Of a DNA stretch of 64,000 nucleotides, positions 25,512-39,500 are shown piece after piece; position 1 is the first letter of the stretch, and every line of letters starts with the position of its first letter. The notes under the pieces are model-generated. The model was not told the origin of the DNA and searched no databases. It was given only the letters and a program-made list of their open reading frames with translations. This DNA is from Paraspadella gotoi (lineage: Eukaryota; Animalia; Chaetognatha), in assembly GCA_051294375.1 (NCBI GenBank), contig JBJCIZ010000239.1, forward strand, positions 3,298,523-3,362,522, in the 5' to 3' direction. Both the position numbers and the translations under genes were made by a program.

Positions 25512-27531
25512 AACCAAACTGCAAACCGTCCCCAATTTTTGTTTTTTATTTTTTTTTATTGCGTTTTCTCATTTTTTCATTCACACATCTAAAAATAGAA
25601 AGTTTATTAAAAATTATAAAAAAATTAATGACGTATGTTGTTCAAATGAAAATCGTAAGTGTATTCCCGCGGAAACTGCGGGCATTTCTTGAGTTTGTAG
25701 AGACAGGAACCAGTGTAGCAACAGTGAATCGGGTAAGCTGGATCGTAAGAGCACGGTTCACCGGGCATGGCGCACTCGGAAGTCTCTCGCACCTAATTAG
25801 TACGTAGAGCGGAAATTTTGCGGTTGGGGGGGGGGGAAAGGGCCGAGTTGATAAAATGCTTACCTTGTGCTTGGCCTTGGCAGAGATGACGAACAAGCCT
25901 TTCGAGATAATTACTAATTAGTTGACGTTACTATTAAGGCTATTATATCGGTAAAAAAATGACATACCGATGATGATGATGATACACGGCAGGCGAAGAC
26001 GCATCGCACTGTTATAGGCTGTAATATAGCCAACCATCAGGACTTTCACATAGCTTTGTATTCATTCATTGGCATTGGGAACTTCAATATCAACTGACTC
26101 ACTATTTTTTTGAAAAAAAAATTAACATAGTCGAGGGAAAAACGCATTTCTCGTTTTCGCAAAGAACATGGTCTACACCAAAATGGTAGTTTGGACAAAT
26201 TCTCGTCAAAATTGATAAAAAAAAAAAAAAAAAAAATCACAAACCATGCATGAGACTCGAAATCGAAGGCCATTTGGTGATTGAAGAAAAGTGGGGCACT
26301 AAAGGGAGGTTGATAGGACGAAAAAAAACTTGGGTTAGAATTTTTTTTTTAGTAAATACGACTCGATCGTCGATTTTTAAAGTGAAAAGGGGTGGGGAGG
26401 GGTAAGTTAAGGTTCGTGAGGGTCAGAAAGGAAAAAAAAAACATTTGAGATAAGATGATTCGAATAATTGCCAAGATAATGCAGCATCCTTCGAAAATAA
26501 TCAAACATGCGCTGTTTATGGGGCAACTTTGGGCGAAAAAAGTTGGTGATCCAAAAAGTTTTCTAAAACGTCAAATCACAGTTTTCGCGCAATTTTTACG
26601 AAATCAGACGACTCAATCATGAAAAATCAAGAAGCGAACAGCCAAAGAAAAACTAAATGTTCCTCTACATTTCGTAGTAGTAAATATATAGTAGTAAATA
26701 TTCTCGAGTTTCTCAAGCCTAATCGATTAATATACTCTAAATTTAGCTCGTCAACGTGAAGGTTCGATCCAAGTTCGGCGCATGTCTTCGTATTTGTTAA
26801 ACAAAAGTCAAAAACTTTAAAAAAAGATCGCAACGACTCTTTTCATCATGTTCTCTGGAAGACATGAAATCAGTCATAGTGCTATTGTTATAACGCGGGC
26901 CACAATGTAATAAATAACATCGATGATTAAAAAAAAACCAAAAAAAAAAAAAACACGGAAACAATCTTGAAAACTCCCTCAGTTTTTTTTTTTTCAAAGG
27001 GGTGATGAGGTTGGGGAAAGTTAGCAAATATCTATTGTTTTTTTTTTTTTCGACAGAGGAGCCGAACGGCCGCGCGCGAGAGGAGAGAATGAAAAAATCA
27101 CAGAAATCGATTGACCAATATTCATTATTCAAAGATTAAAACAAATAAGGTGCTACTTTTGAAGTAGTCGTAAATGAAGGCTACCTTTTTCTCCCCATCG
27201 ACATTACTCAACAACAAACATTTTTTTTTTATAAGAAAAGACGGTAAACATAATTTTTCGTGTCTCGAACAGAAAACACTGAACGACGTTTTAAGTACCG
27301 AACTCCTGGCAAAGTCTTTCTCGGCCTCGTTCCCATTTAAAAAAAAAATAAAACAAAAGCCCCGCCGAGAAAAAAATAAATAAAAAGGCGCGCGGTAGTA
27401 TTATACAGCGACCCGAGTTGAAAAAAAAAAAAAAAAGTTACACAACGGCTGATCACCGACGGCGAGGGAGACGAAAGTTCTTTCTATAGACGGTTCGGCA
27501 TTTTGGGGGCGAAATCTCCCTTTTTTTTATA

Positions 27532-30500
27532 TCAAGAAACGCCGTTGACTTTGACGTTTATATCCTTGTCGTTTCCGGCATCCGGAGACGGCTGTTGATG
27601 GTGCTGTTGAGGATTTTGGTGATTACCCGGAGGAAGGCTCTTGCGCCCGTTGGAATCTTTGACTCGATCTCTGAAAAGAAAAAATTCAAAAATTAATAAT
27701 AAATTTTTCTAACATAAGGATCAATATAATCTTCCGACAGAACTGGGCTAACTTGGGCGGCTTGGGCGGAATTTCGGCGTTGCCGGACGGAACGCCGCGA
27801 CGGTAGAACCCGGAAGAGTTGGCGTCGCCGTTAATTGGAGTCGCCTCTCGACTTCCCGACCGATGAGCGGCACCTTATGCAATATAATAAACATATATTA
27901 TCGTATAATTATGTAATATATCATTATATAAAACATAATAAGGCTACTTCTAAACCTCTTTCGCCCCTCACCGTCATCTCGGTCGAACCGTCTCCCCGGT
28001 CCAACCGAGCTCCCGCTTCCCGTTCCTCGGCCGCTGCTCTCCATCGTTTCGTCGATCCCGTTAGGAACAGGAGGGTCGGCCCCGACGACGGACGCCGACG
28101 TGTCGGTGTCCTCGGTGCCGGAAGCGCCGCTGCCGACGCGCATGTTGTTACGGCGGCGTCGCCGGCGTCGGTTCACGTTTCCGTTGTTAGCGGCGTTGGG
28201 GTAGGGGAGATGACCACCGCCGCTGGCGAGGGAGTCTTTAAGAAGAGAAGAAAGGATAATAGAGGGGGGGGGGGGTAAGAGAGAGAGAGAAAAAAAAAGG
28301 AGAGTAATGAATTTGCGGTCACCTCTGTCGGGACTCGTGACGGAGGTGACTTCTTCGGAATCGATGGCCGTTCCGTCGACGTCGCCAGGCCCCCGCCGCC
28401 GAGAATCCCCCTCGTGATCGCCTGGATCAAGTAATTAATTAATTAATGGATTAATAAACAAACCCCAACTTGGTTTTTTTAATGATCAACTTACGACCAA
28501 TAATCACTATGTATTATGTAACGGAAAGTATCGATCACGATTCGTTTACAAATAAAATGATTAAAAATTACCGCTTTTCGCGTAGTTATTGTTGTTTTGG
28601 TTGATGTATTCCCGCGTGTAGTTGCCGTCATACTCGGATGATTCGGCGCCGGAGGGTGCGTAGCTGTAACGACCTCGTCCGCCTCCACCTCCCGATTCGT
28701 AGCCGCCGCCCCGCCCTCGTCCGCGACCCCGGTCGCCCCGCATTCCTCGGCCGCCTCGAAACTCGCCGCCGCCGCCTCGATACTCGCCGCCGCCGCCGCC
28801 CCGCATTCCACGGCTCCATCGACGATGATTCAACGAAGTCATGCTGTCCGACTGGTAACCTCCCATTCGGTCTGTTTATTTTATAGGGGGGGAAAAGGGA
28901 TTGTGAGGATGTTCCAAATTAATAAAAAATATCTAGAATGTATACATTTATCGAATATCACTAATTAGGCGGCGATCATCACAATTTTTTTAATTCGTTG
29001 TGATTCGTCACCGAGTCGCTGTACCTCCCCGCCGGTAATAGCCGTAGTGTTGACGTTCCTGTTCAAACTCCCCTTCAACTTGTTCCGCCCAGTTGCGGCT
29101 TCGCTCGGCTCTCCTCTCTCCCGCATCAGTTTGCACTTCGTCTGATAATTGGCCAAAGACAAAAAAAAAACAAAAAAAAACTCAAATTAGAAGAGAGAAA
29201 CTGGAAAACGTTGATGTAATAAAGCCGGTTCAATGCAATGCTACGGGCTATTTTAATGTAAAACAAATCAGACCAGCAATGCCAAAAAACGAAACGAAAT
29301 TAAAAAAAAAAAAGTAAATTAATACAACTAAATTGAAAACAAGTTACCGACCTTAAATAATACTAATTGATCTGTTTTGAAGAGTTTTTTTTTTTTAGGG
29401 CAGGATCACAGAAGCTTGTAATTAGGGGGGATATATATTTCGATAACATTATGTGCCGACGTCGATAAAAAAAGGATATAAAAACCACGGCAAAAAAAAA
29501 AGAAAAAGAAAAAAAAGACGCCACAGATGCGCGTTGGCGGGTGTATTAACGACGAAGCGACGCGAGTCTCGCACCGAAAGTCCGTCGCCGCGCAATTTCC
29601 CGCGAGTCTCGGCGTCAAAGCTCACCGGCGAGAGGCTCGACCTTTCCGCCGGAACTCGCCGTCGACGCCACCGACGTCTGGGAGTTGGCGTGGCGCACGC
29701 CTCCGCCCGATGACTTCGCGAAGGATTTACCTCCGCGACTCGGCGGCCCCTGGGAACGTCGGTAATAATTCTCTCCAGCGACGACTCTGCTTCCGGTCGC
29801 GGAGCCGAGCGGCGGAAAACCGTCGTCTTCGTCATTTCCGGCCTCGTTTTCGCGCTGCGATCCGGTTGGAGACGGACGGCCGCCGAGGCGCTCGGCGGCC
29901 GTTCCGCCCCACTGCCAGGGGTTGACGCCGGTATCGCGCGAGTAGAATACGAGACCGCGTGCGGGAGGACCCGCGCTTATGATGGCGTCGTCTGGGGGTT
30001 TTTTTTATTTGGAATCAGTAAAAAGTTTGTAGCGCGTTAAATTCAAAGCGATGTTACTTCAAAATATTTCTAGGCAAAGTCACACTGAAAACAAGGTCGA
30101 CCTTCAAAAGAACAACCGCAGTTTACAAACGGGTCGCTCAACCGAAAGCATGAGCTGCGGCAGCGACCATGGCGACCAAAAACAGAACGAGAGGCAAAAC
30201 ACCCATGCAAACGAAAAAGACGCAACGTTTCGGGAAGTCATCTCGAGTTTGACCGGCGTCGACGGTCTTGACGTGGTCGTCATCGAAGTCGCAAGGAATC
30301 AGTCGTGGCGTCTCGTCAGTTTCGGACTGGGCAGCCGTTGAGGGAGCGATGCAAGAGTCGCTGCTTTCAGAGTTAAATTTTGTTTCGTTGCTGTTGTTTT
30401 TTAGGTTGTTTTTGTTGCAGTTTCGATCGTTATCGTAGCTGTCTGAGTTGTTGTTCGTGTTATTCTTGTTCCAGTTGATATTTTCGTGGCCGATATGCGT

Positions 30501-33500
30501 ATCGGAGACGACGTAATCAACGTGATCAAGGAAAGAATCGCGTTCAAAATCATCATTAACGAAGTAACTGTCGTTGTTTTCCAAGTCGCGGTTGCCATTT
30601 TCGAGTTCGAAGCGCTCACTTTCGGTAGCAATGATGGCGCCAATATCGTCAATATGAGATCGATGACGGTTTAGCTTATTTTTTAAATTTTCAGACGCAA
30701 CAAGCAAGTCGTCGAACTGCTGTTGAAAGCTGAGTCCATCCAACGTTTTATCCCCCAAACGTTGAATATTTGTTATCATTTAATAACAACTGTTAATGAA
30801 GATTCATCAACACTTAAGCCTTACGTATTTGGGAGATAGAACGTCAACTGTACAAATAATCTTCGTCGGGAGATGAATAATTGGAACGGACGTCATCGTC
30901 AAAGCTTTCCATATCATCGCTTAAGTTATCCATTTCAGAAAAAAATTGATCAAAATTACTAAAAAAAATTTTAGGGGACAACGCAGAGCAAGATTTTCTT
31001 CATTTTGCTTCACTACAACTAAAACTATAATGGTTCATGCGTTCCAAAAATCAGACGAGGGGAAGAAACAAAATGGTCGATACAGGATGGAGACGAAATA
31101 AAAAAAAAAAACCTGTAAAAATTTGTTCTCTCTGCACAGAGGGCGTTCTACGTCTAAACGTTCTTCTCGTTTGGCTGTAAGGTAGGGGCGGAGGAGAGAA
31201 GGCTCCCCCGTATTGTCTCTGCCTAGCGACTCGTCCTTTACGGTTGAGCGAAGAAATCGGTTAGTTAAATCGGCAAATCTAGCGGCGTTGAACTGATTTT
31301 TCCGGCAATCTCTCGGCCGAAAAAACTCCCTTACCATCGTGCAATGGTTCTCGTTGCACAGATTTCGATCTCTGCGAGGCGTCGGCTTGTGGGCGGGCGG
31401 CGGCAACGTCGCGACCGCCTCGTTTGCCGCCGCCGCCTCGACCGTCGAACTTTTTGGTCACGTAGTCGAAGATGGTTGGCGCTTTGCGATTTTGCTGACC
31501 TCGACCGCCGCGTGGGTAAGGCTTTCCCTTGGGACCGACGACAGTAAAGGGAGTTCCTTCGCGAGAACCACCGTCAGCGTCGCCTTCGTCGACAACGAAT
31601 TTGGCGAGAGAGAAGAAAAATATAAAAGGCTTCAGAAATGATTTTGAATCAACATCCACCGTATAAAAAAAAAAAGCTGGAAACATTTTGTTTTCGCACC
31701 GCAGGATATTGACAAAAATAAATCATCAGTATTAAAAGGATAATAAGCTAATTTCGAGGTAGTTTGAAAAAAAAAATACTTAGCAGGACTAAAAGCGATT
31801 AAAACAATTCATTCTGTTCATCACCTTCACCAGTTCGCTGCTGCTCTGCTTCTCCTTCAACAGGCGCGTCATTTTCTAAAACGAAAAAAATTCAGTCAGG
31901 AAACCAGAACGAAGTTCATATAAAAACCGACAGAGGCGCATATTGTTATCGAGCAGTAAAAGAGAAGGAAAAAAAAAAAAAAACGAATTTGATTTAGTTT
32001 TTGGCAAGACTGGAATGATAAAAATAATGAGGGAAGGTTCCATGACGTAGACACTCACCCTGCGTTGAGCTGTCGCCCCTGGGTCGCTGGAATCGGCCGC
32101 GGTTGGCGGGATTGCCGCGGCCGCGATTGTAGCCGCGTCCGCCGCGTCCGCGACCGCCTCGACCGCCACCTTCGTCCGCAAAACGATCTTCAGAGTATCT
32201 GGCCAAATGAAAAAATCGTACAGCGGTTGTAAGCATTAACTTACGAGGTTTTATAAATTCCTCCAAGGTAATTTTTTTTTTCCGGACATTTTCCGCATCG
32301 TAACGACCTCACCTGTAGCCTCCGCGCTGAGAGTAATGACTGCGTTCCGGTCGAGGTTCCGTTCCTCCAAGATTCCGAATCTGCGTTACGATCTCCAGAT
32401 TTTGTTCTCGTAGAGACTCCACTTCCTAAAAATAGACACGAAGCATTGGGATAACTTTGCTCCGTAATTAGACAAAGCGCGATTTCTGTAAAAACCTTGA
32501 GATGGGCGAGATGATATTCGAGAAGAACTTGAGCATTTTGAATGTTCTCTCGCGTGCCGACGAAGATGAACCGAACGTCGGACTACGGAATGGAGATAGA
32601 AATAAGCACTAAGAGTAAGAGATCTATTTCTCCAGCCCCGCGGGAGAGTCGTCAACTCACCAGGTTGTCGTCTTCCTCATCCTCCCGCTCGTTGTCGCCC
32701 TCGATCTTGACGCGGACGACGCCGGATTTGTCGACGAACTCTTGGATGATCCGCCCGTTTTTGCCGATGACCTTTCCTGGGAAATTTTTTGGGGGAAAAG
32801 GTTTAATTTTTACTCGAATCGAGAGAAATAGCGTTAAAATTTGGTTCTGTTTACCTGATATCAAAACGTAAATTATCATACAGTATGATTTTTCTCAATT
32901 GTAACATTTCTTGTGGCGATATCTCAGAGTCCCTTCACCCTCCAGACTTAAATTATGGCTCATTTTGTAGTCCGCAGTCTGGCATTTTTAGATCAATCAA
33001 TTTTTACCTAATTTCTATATAGTCAGGTTTGGTTTTCGTGCATTGAACAATAATATGACGAATGCTTAACATATAATTGTAGATTTTTTAACTCTGTGGT
33101 ATTTTGATATTTGAATTAACTTGAATTTTATTTCATTTTAAAAAGGAGAAAAAATGCTACATGTTCATTGTCATTACTCATATTTATTTTCGCTTTAATT
33201 TTAAGTACTTTTTAATCATAAAGAACAGTTACTTAATAAAAGAGACTCATTACAAATATGTTCTATTATATATCATTAATCCAACCGAAATTCAAAACGA
33301 CTATATTAATTTACGGTTGCTTAGATATACTGTCACGAAATGTTACAAGCGAGAAAAATCATAATTGCGTAGGAACCGTATAATAATTAGGTAATTCTCA
33401 ATAAAATAACTAGTTTGAAGAATTAATTTTTTTAAGGTAATTCTTTTTGATCTCCGTCGCCGAGCATACACATGTGGGTCAAATTCCTCGTCTCCTCCCA

Positions 33501-36500
33501 GACACTTCATAACAAATCCTTAATCAAACAGCGCGCTTGAGTGAGAAAATAAGAAAATTGTAGCTATAGCAGCGAAATCGACTGTACCCACTACCCAGGC
33601 TAACATTTTTTAAGGCCTCAACATACGACGCATGCTGATAAAGAGAATCTAGTTAATTTCTGTCAAACAACAATTAACTGCATCCACAAAGATTAACAGA
33701 AATTAAAAATCGTCTCTGAGCTTTGGTGGTTAACCTGATAATATCGCCAACATCGCAGAAGAAAATCCTCCCAAAATCCACAGTTTGTTTTTGTCTCAGA
33801 AAAAGATGTTCGCGAGTGCAAAAGGATTTGGGTTGTGTGAACCAACAAACCGAGACAATGAGCACACATATTGATGTCAATAAGACTAAGGCTCTTTTAC
33901 TCGGTGAGGTCGACAGGGCTAAACTCGGAACGATTGCAAGAGAATCAATACAAACAAAGACTAGATTAGGTTTCAAAAAGCAGAGCGTCAGCTTTGGGAA
34001 TTATCATTAAAACAAAAAAATCAAAAACGGAGAAAATGGGAACAAACGATATTGGGATAAAAGTCTAGACTCCCAAAAAATTGGGTCCTGCCCTTGAAAA
34101 AATCGGCCAAAACTAGGGTTTCAAATCGTGGAAAGAGCAATCTAAACAATGATCGATCTTGAATCCTTGATAATCTTTTTCGCGTAAAAACTTTGACGCT
34201 TTACGCCCGAAATCGTCCCGCCCACCCGTCGAGGTCAGCCCCGGTGGTCAGCGGAGGATCGGTCCAGAAGCCCGACCGCCTCAGATTTGACAATTTGGTC
34301 TCGAAATCGTTGAGTCTTTGATTTCGCTGGGAGGTAGGCGTTTCTCGAGAAAGAAAGCTAAACGAGAGTTCGGGTGAGAATTGGGGGCAGCGTCGCCCTC
34401 GATTTGTTGTGAACACAGTCTGAGTTAAAGCGAACTAAGAGTTTCTAAAAGACACCTTGAGTAAAAAAAATAACAATATATTTATAGTTTAATATTCTTT
34501 TACGCAGCTCCCTGGAATATTAAATGGTAAATAGTTCATCCAAAAAAAGATTTACAAAAAAAAAAGGGGGGAAATTAAAAAAATAAAGTAAAATGTTTCA
34601 CAACCTGGTGCGATATTAACCACACAGAGCGATTCGAATTTCAAAAGGCGAAAAGCCAGAAGCGATGAGAAAAAGGAAAAAAAACACCTTTCCAAACATC
34701 GTATTTCGCCAATTATATGCACGACTTTTTTTGAGAGGAATTAGAATGTTTATTTACTCAATTTCTCTCGTTTCGCCCTAATAAAATTATAAAGTCTGTT
34801 TGATAACTTACCAACGAATTCTCTGGGAACCCGGACGAATTCCTCCGAGTACTCGCATGTTGGCGGGCGGTTTACCGCTTCGTCCGTCTGTATATGAAGA
34901 CGTAGAATAATTACAAAAACACAAATATTTTTAACAGAAAAAGGAAAAATTTTCTAGTATTACCCTCTCGATTCTAATTTGTTCCTAAATTTGTGCCAAG
35001 TCGACATATATGATTATATATTTTATTATATATATTATATTATATTATTATCATACATATAAATCAAGTAACGAGATCAGCTGCAAAACATTTTTTCCAA
35101 TTTAATCCTAATTTCGCCCAACGCCGAACGCCTTAACCACCCCCATGATCGCAAGCCACACTAGCAGAACCGGCTTTGACTTTCTCCCACCCCGCGGATC
35201 TACCCGGCGAGATATCGAAGCGTCATCCCGCGAAAGTTTACGCGACGGCACTCGGGCCAAAGAAAGAACAACAACCGCGGGGTCGAAACTCGAGGTGCGA
35301 GGAAGAAGACGACGACGACCGAAAAAAAAAAGAAGACAAATCTTCAGCGAACCTCATTCCTCCGGAAAAAAAAAATTCCTGTGAATTCAAATGTTTCTAT
35401 CGAACGCTTTCCCCTGGGGGACAATACCTTCAGACGGGTGAAAAGGATATAAAACGGGAGGGGAGAGGGGGCGAAGTAGAGACATGGGGGATGTCAAAAA
35501 AGTGAGGAAGAATTTAAAGACGTTTAAATTTAAAAGATGAANNNNNNNNNNCCCAGATTGAACTAATTCGCGGGCACAGCGGGCACTGGCAGGGTGGCGT
35601 TCGCATTGGACTGTTTACGTTGAGATGGGGATTTAACCACCTGTTTTAATCGACGATTCGTGTCACGTAGCGCTGAGTAACATTCAGAGATTCTTTTGAG
35701 GGGGAGATGGAAAAGAAAAAAAAGGAGACGAACCTCTAAAAATGGGGAAATCAACGAATACATATGTATAAAGTATATATAAACTGAACATTATCTCGAA
35801 AGAACGGCCCAATTTTTTTTTCAAGGAGAATCAATTAAAATTGAGGAAAGAATTCCATTCACGCCCTTACAATGGGATCTTGAAGTCACCACGAACGTCT
35901 TATCTCTTAAAACATGCAACAATGTAACAACTTTTTTTTTCGCTGGGTAGAAAATAAAGCGCGGGCGAGAAAAGATGAACGAGATCTGATTTCTCGGATG
36001 ACGGGGGGGGAGACCGAATTCCCGGCCGCTTCACGCTGAGGCCACACAAAATCTCAGCGGAATATCACCGGCGGCAAATAAAATGAATCCGTCTCACGAG
36101 AAAAGATGGACGAGGAATTAAATTTGGAAATGATACAGAACTCGACGAAGGGAAAACGCGAATTAGATAGTAAAATAAAATAAACTTCGGAGTGGGGGAA
36201 GGAGAAAAATATTTAAAAAACCGCTAAGTCCCTTAGTCGTAGAAAAGTTGAAATATTTTCAGTTATATTTTTTACCATAAAAAATATACAACTTGTAATA
36301 TTATAATCAGTAGTTCTTTTCTTCTAAAAAAAAATAACTTAAATTTAGAACTATAGAGAACATTAAATCTTAAATCAAGATCGCCCTGTTAAATTTAAAA
36401 TTCAATTGGCGCATAAATTTTCGAGAAGAAATTGACTTTCCAACGAAACCCACCTCTCCGTAAATCTTGAAGGTGCTCGTGGTTTCCTCAAGGTCGATCG

Positions 36501-39500
36501 CAGCGATTCCTTCTACGCGGCGGGCCACGGAGATGTTGGAGCCGTGGGCGCCGATCGCCAGGCCCATGAGGTCGTCGCGTACGGAGAACTCCTCGTAAAA
36601 AGGCGCCGCCTGTTGTTGGCGAGTGATCTGGGGAGTACGGGGTGCAGAGTGGAGGCATTTTTTATATAACGAACGATTAACAATCTGGAGAAGTTTAAGA
36701 CAAAGGGATGTGTATCTTTTGTTTCGTGATCCATTCAGTTTGAATGAAAGAACCTAGTGGCGACGCCACGCGAGAGAATAACCTAAAATCACCTTGGAAA
36801 AATAAATGAGAATTTAACGTGAAAAGAATCATAAAATGGTGTACCATTCATTATTAGTACTAATAGTGCATTAAGAACTAGTTCCTTTTAAATAAAAAAA
36901 ACCCTAAAATATTCGCGAAAAAATATTAATCATATGATGACTCATTCTTCAGAGGCAAACGATTCGATGTATGTACGTAAGTTAACTTTACAGTTTACAC
37001 CTGCGCCAAAAATATAAAAAGCCAACAATAATAATACAGATTTATGAAACATAGCATCCTGAGTAACAAGTACGTATGTAGTGCATTGGTATTCTGAAAG
37101 GGATTGAAATTAATAGAAATATATTTTTAAAAAAGCCTTAGTCACTGTCGTGTAACCTACATCACAACGCACATTTATTACATATTTAAAGAAGAATGAT
37201 GTAAAATATACCTTTCCTCGTGAGCCACTGGCGTGCAACTGCACAGACTGCGTGAAAACAGAAAAAAAAAAGAGAAAAAAGGAAGGAACGGAAAACGTAA
37301 GAAATGACGAACAAAAAGGGAGAAAAAAAAACGAGAGAACTAAAGAAGCGAAGCATCGAAGACGTTGCCCGCGACTCAGTTGTCTCACCTCCAATTGCTT
37401 GGCGGCTTCCTCGGTTCGTTGTAGCAAGAGAACCTTTTGCCGCAAGTTTCGAAAGTGCATGTCGCTCAAGATGGAGGCCCGCTTGAGGATGGACTCGTTT
37501 TTGGACTAAAAAGAGAAAAAACTTTTGTTTTTTTTGGTCGTTAATTTTTTGGGGGTTAATTCAAAATTAACTAACCAAGAGCACCAACGCCTTCGCCCCT
37601 TCGTCGTAAAAGACGCTGGCGGCGCTGCAAGCTTTTCGAAATTCCTTGTGAACGTCGTCCTCGTGCGAAGCCCTGGCCGAGAATAGGAAAGATCATTAGC
37701 CTTCGCGATAAAAAAAGGGCTGGAAATTGGCGGGAAACTTGGCAACAAAACGAGAGGGAACTTACAGTCTTTGGCACCATTCTTGGAGATCAGGCGGAAC
37801 GTCGACGGTAGCTTTGTGTATGGAGTTTTTCGAGATTGGGGGACTGGGAAAGAAAGAAATAAAAGATGAAAGAAATACCAGATGGAACTTGAAAGACGAA
37901 CCGAATTCATTGATTTAAAAGCTTCGCCCACTTTTTATTAGGTATCCGTAATCTTTCTTTCTGGACGATCTCGTTGACGGGAGTATCGGTGTTCTTGTAC
38001 TGGACGACGTAGAAGTCGCCCTTCAACATCTTGATGTTCGCCTCCCACCAACCGTTTGAGTCCTCCTCGGTCGCTTTGGAGAAAACCTGGAGAAAGGGGT
38101 TGCAAGATTATATAAATCTCCATTTTGAAACTCCTTTGTATATCTAATGTTCTCTTTCTATATCATCAAAAAAAAGATTTCTTTCTTCACTTTCGTCATA
38201 AACACTCAAATAATCGACGATGGGCGGCGAAACCCTCCGCACTCGATCTTCGATTCACGCGGTGGAGTTTAAAATCAAAACAAATCACGAGCTATCCGAT
38301 TTTATTTTAACTTTATTTTATAAAAGATAAGCTGACAATTAGTATCGCGAAAGCTAGAGATATCCAGGGTAATCGTTATCTATTCCTAAATCCTAATCAG
38401 ATCGACGCCGAAAAATCCAAAAGAGGAAAAAAAAGACACAGCTACGCGTGTTAATATTGTCATTAATATATAGATACAAACATATATAATCATTTTAGTT
38501 TAATAGATACCAGCTTTAAATTGTTAGCAATAATTAACGGCGAGACAAAAATAAAAAGCACTGAAGAGGGTTCTCACTGACCTAATTAAAATTAAAAAAA
38601 CAAGTTTGAACAAACAATGTCAGATCTGCCTACGGTAATTAGGCGATAATAAACTAATCCGATAATTTTGGTCACAAGTTAAAAAATTTTGCATGAGAAT
38701 AGCGTGAATAAGTTTTTCCACGAGAATGTGCACCGCGACGGTAATTTTTTCTGACGATCATAAGAAAACCGTAACATAACAAATCATTACAGACTATTTA
38801 ATAAATCTATGAGAAAATCTAAAAATTATTGCATAATTTGGTCAACTGACATATTTGGTCAACTTGCAGAATTTTGTCGCTAGAATAATTTCGTCAACTG
38901 ACATAATTTGGCCAATAAATCAATCAATCAGAGAGAGATAGAGAGAGAAACTTTTAAAAATTCAAATAAATGTGTTTTTGTTTTCTATTTTAAAATTTTC
39001 TACTCCTACGATTCCATCAAAAATTAATATCCAGCTTAATCACATACTTTTCTACCTACACAAAATTTCATTTCAATTTATTTATCCAATTATTAATAAA
39101 TATAATTATTATGAGTAAATATAAGTAAAAATATTTCAAATAAATATGACTTTTGTTTTTTCCATTTAAACTCAATTTTACTCGCACAATTCCATCGAAT
39201 TTTCATTCCAATACATCCATTCAATTGGAGTTTCAATTCAAGTAAGTTTTTTGCTAATGGGGACGGACGGACGGACTTTTTTTTACATACTTAATCATAA
39301 TTTGTTGTTCTGATATGATATAAGTGAATGCCCCACAAGATTGGGGGGTAAACCGACGGACCGACAAAGTGAATTATAGAGTCGGAATCTGCTGATCCGA
39401 CTAAAAAAAAAGGAAAAAACTTCGAAAGATCTCGAACCTGAACGACCATCTGTTTATTTAAAAAGTTCGACTGGTTCTGTTTTCATTCTTCTACAATTTT

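Noticed and set aside
34812-34887. Divergent FMR1 exon peptide (NRPPTCEY) as a real substitution block
   Set aside because: More simply explained by compensating single-base deletions from sequencing error in an otherwise conserved exon.
38830-38915. Short spaced repeats as a CRISPR-like array
   Set aside because: Degenerate tandem minisatellite in a eukaryotic intron, with no unique spacers and no cas genes.
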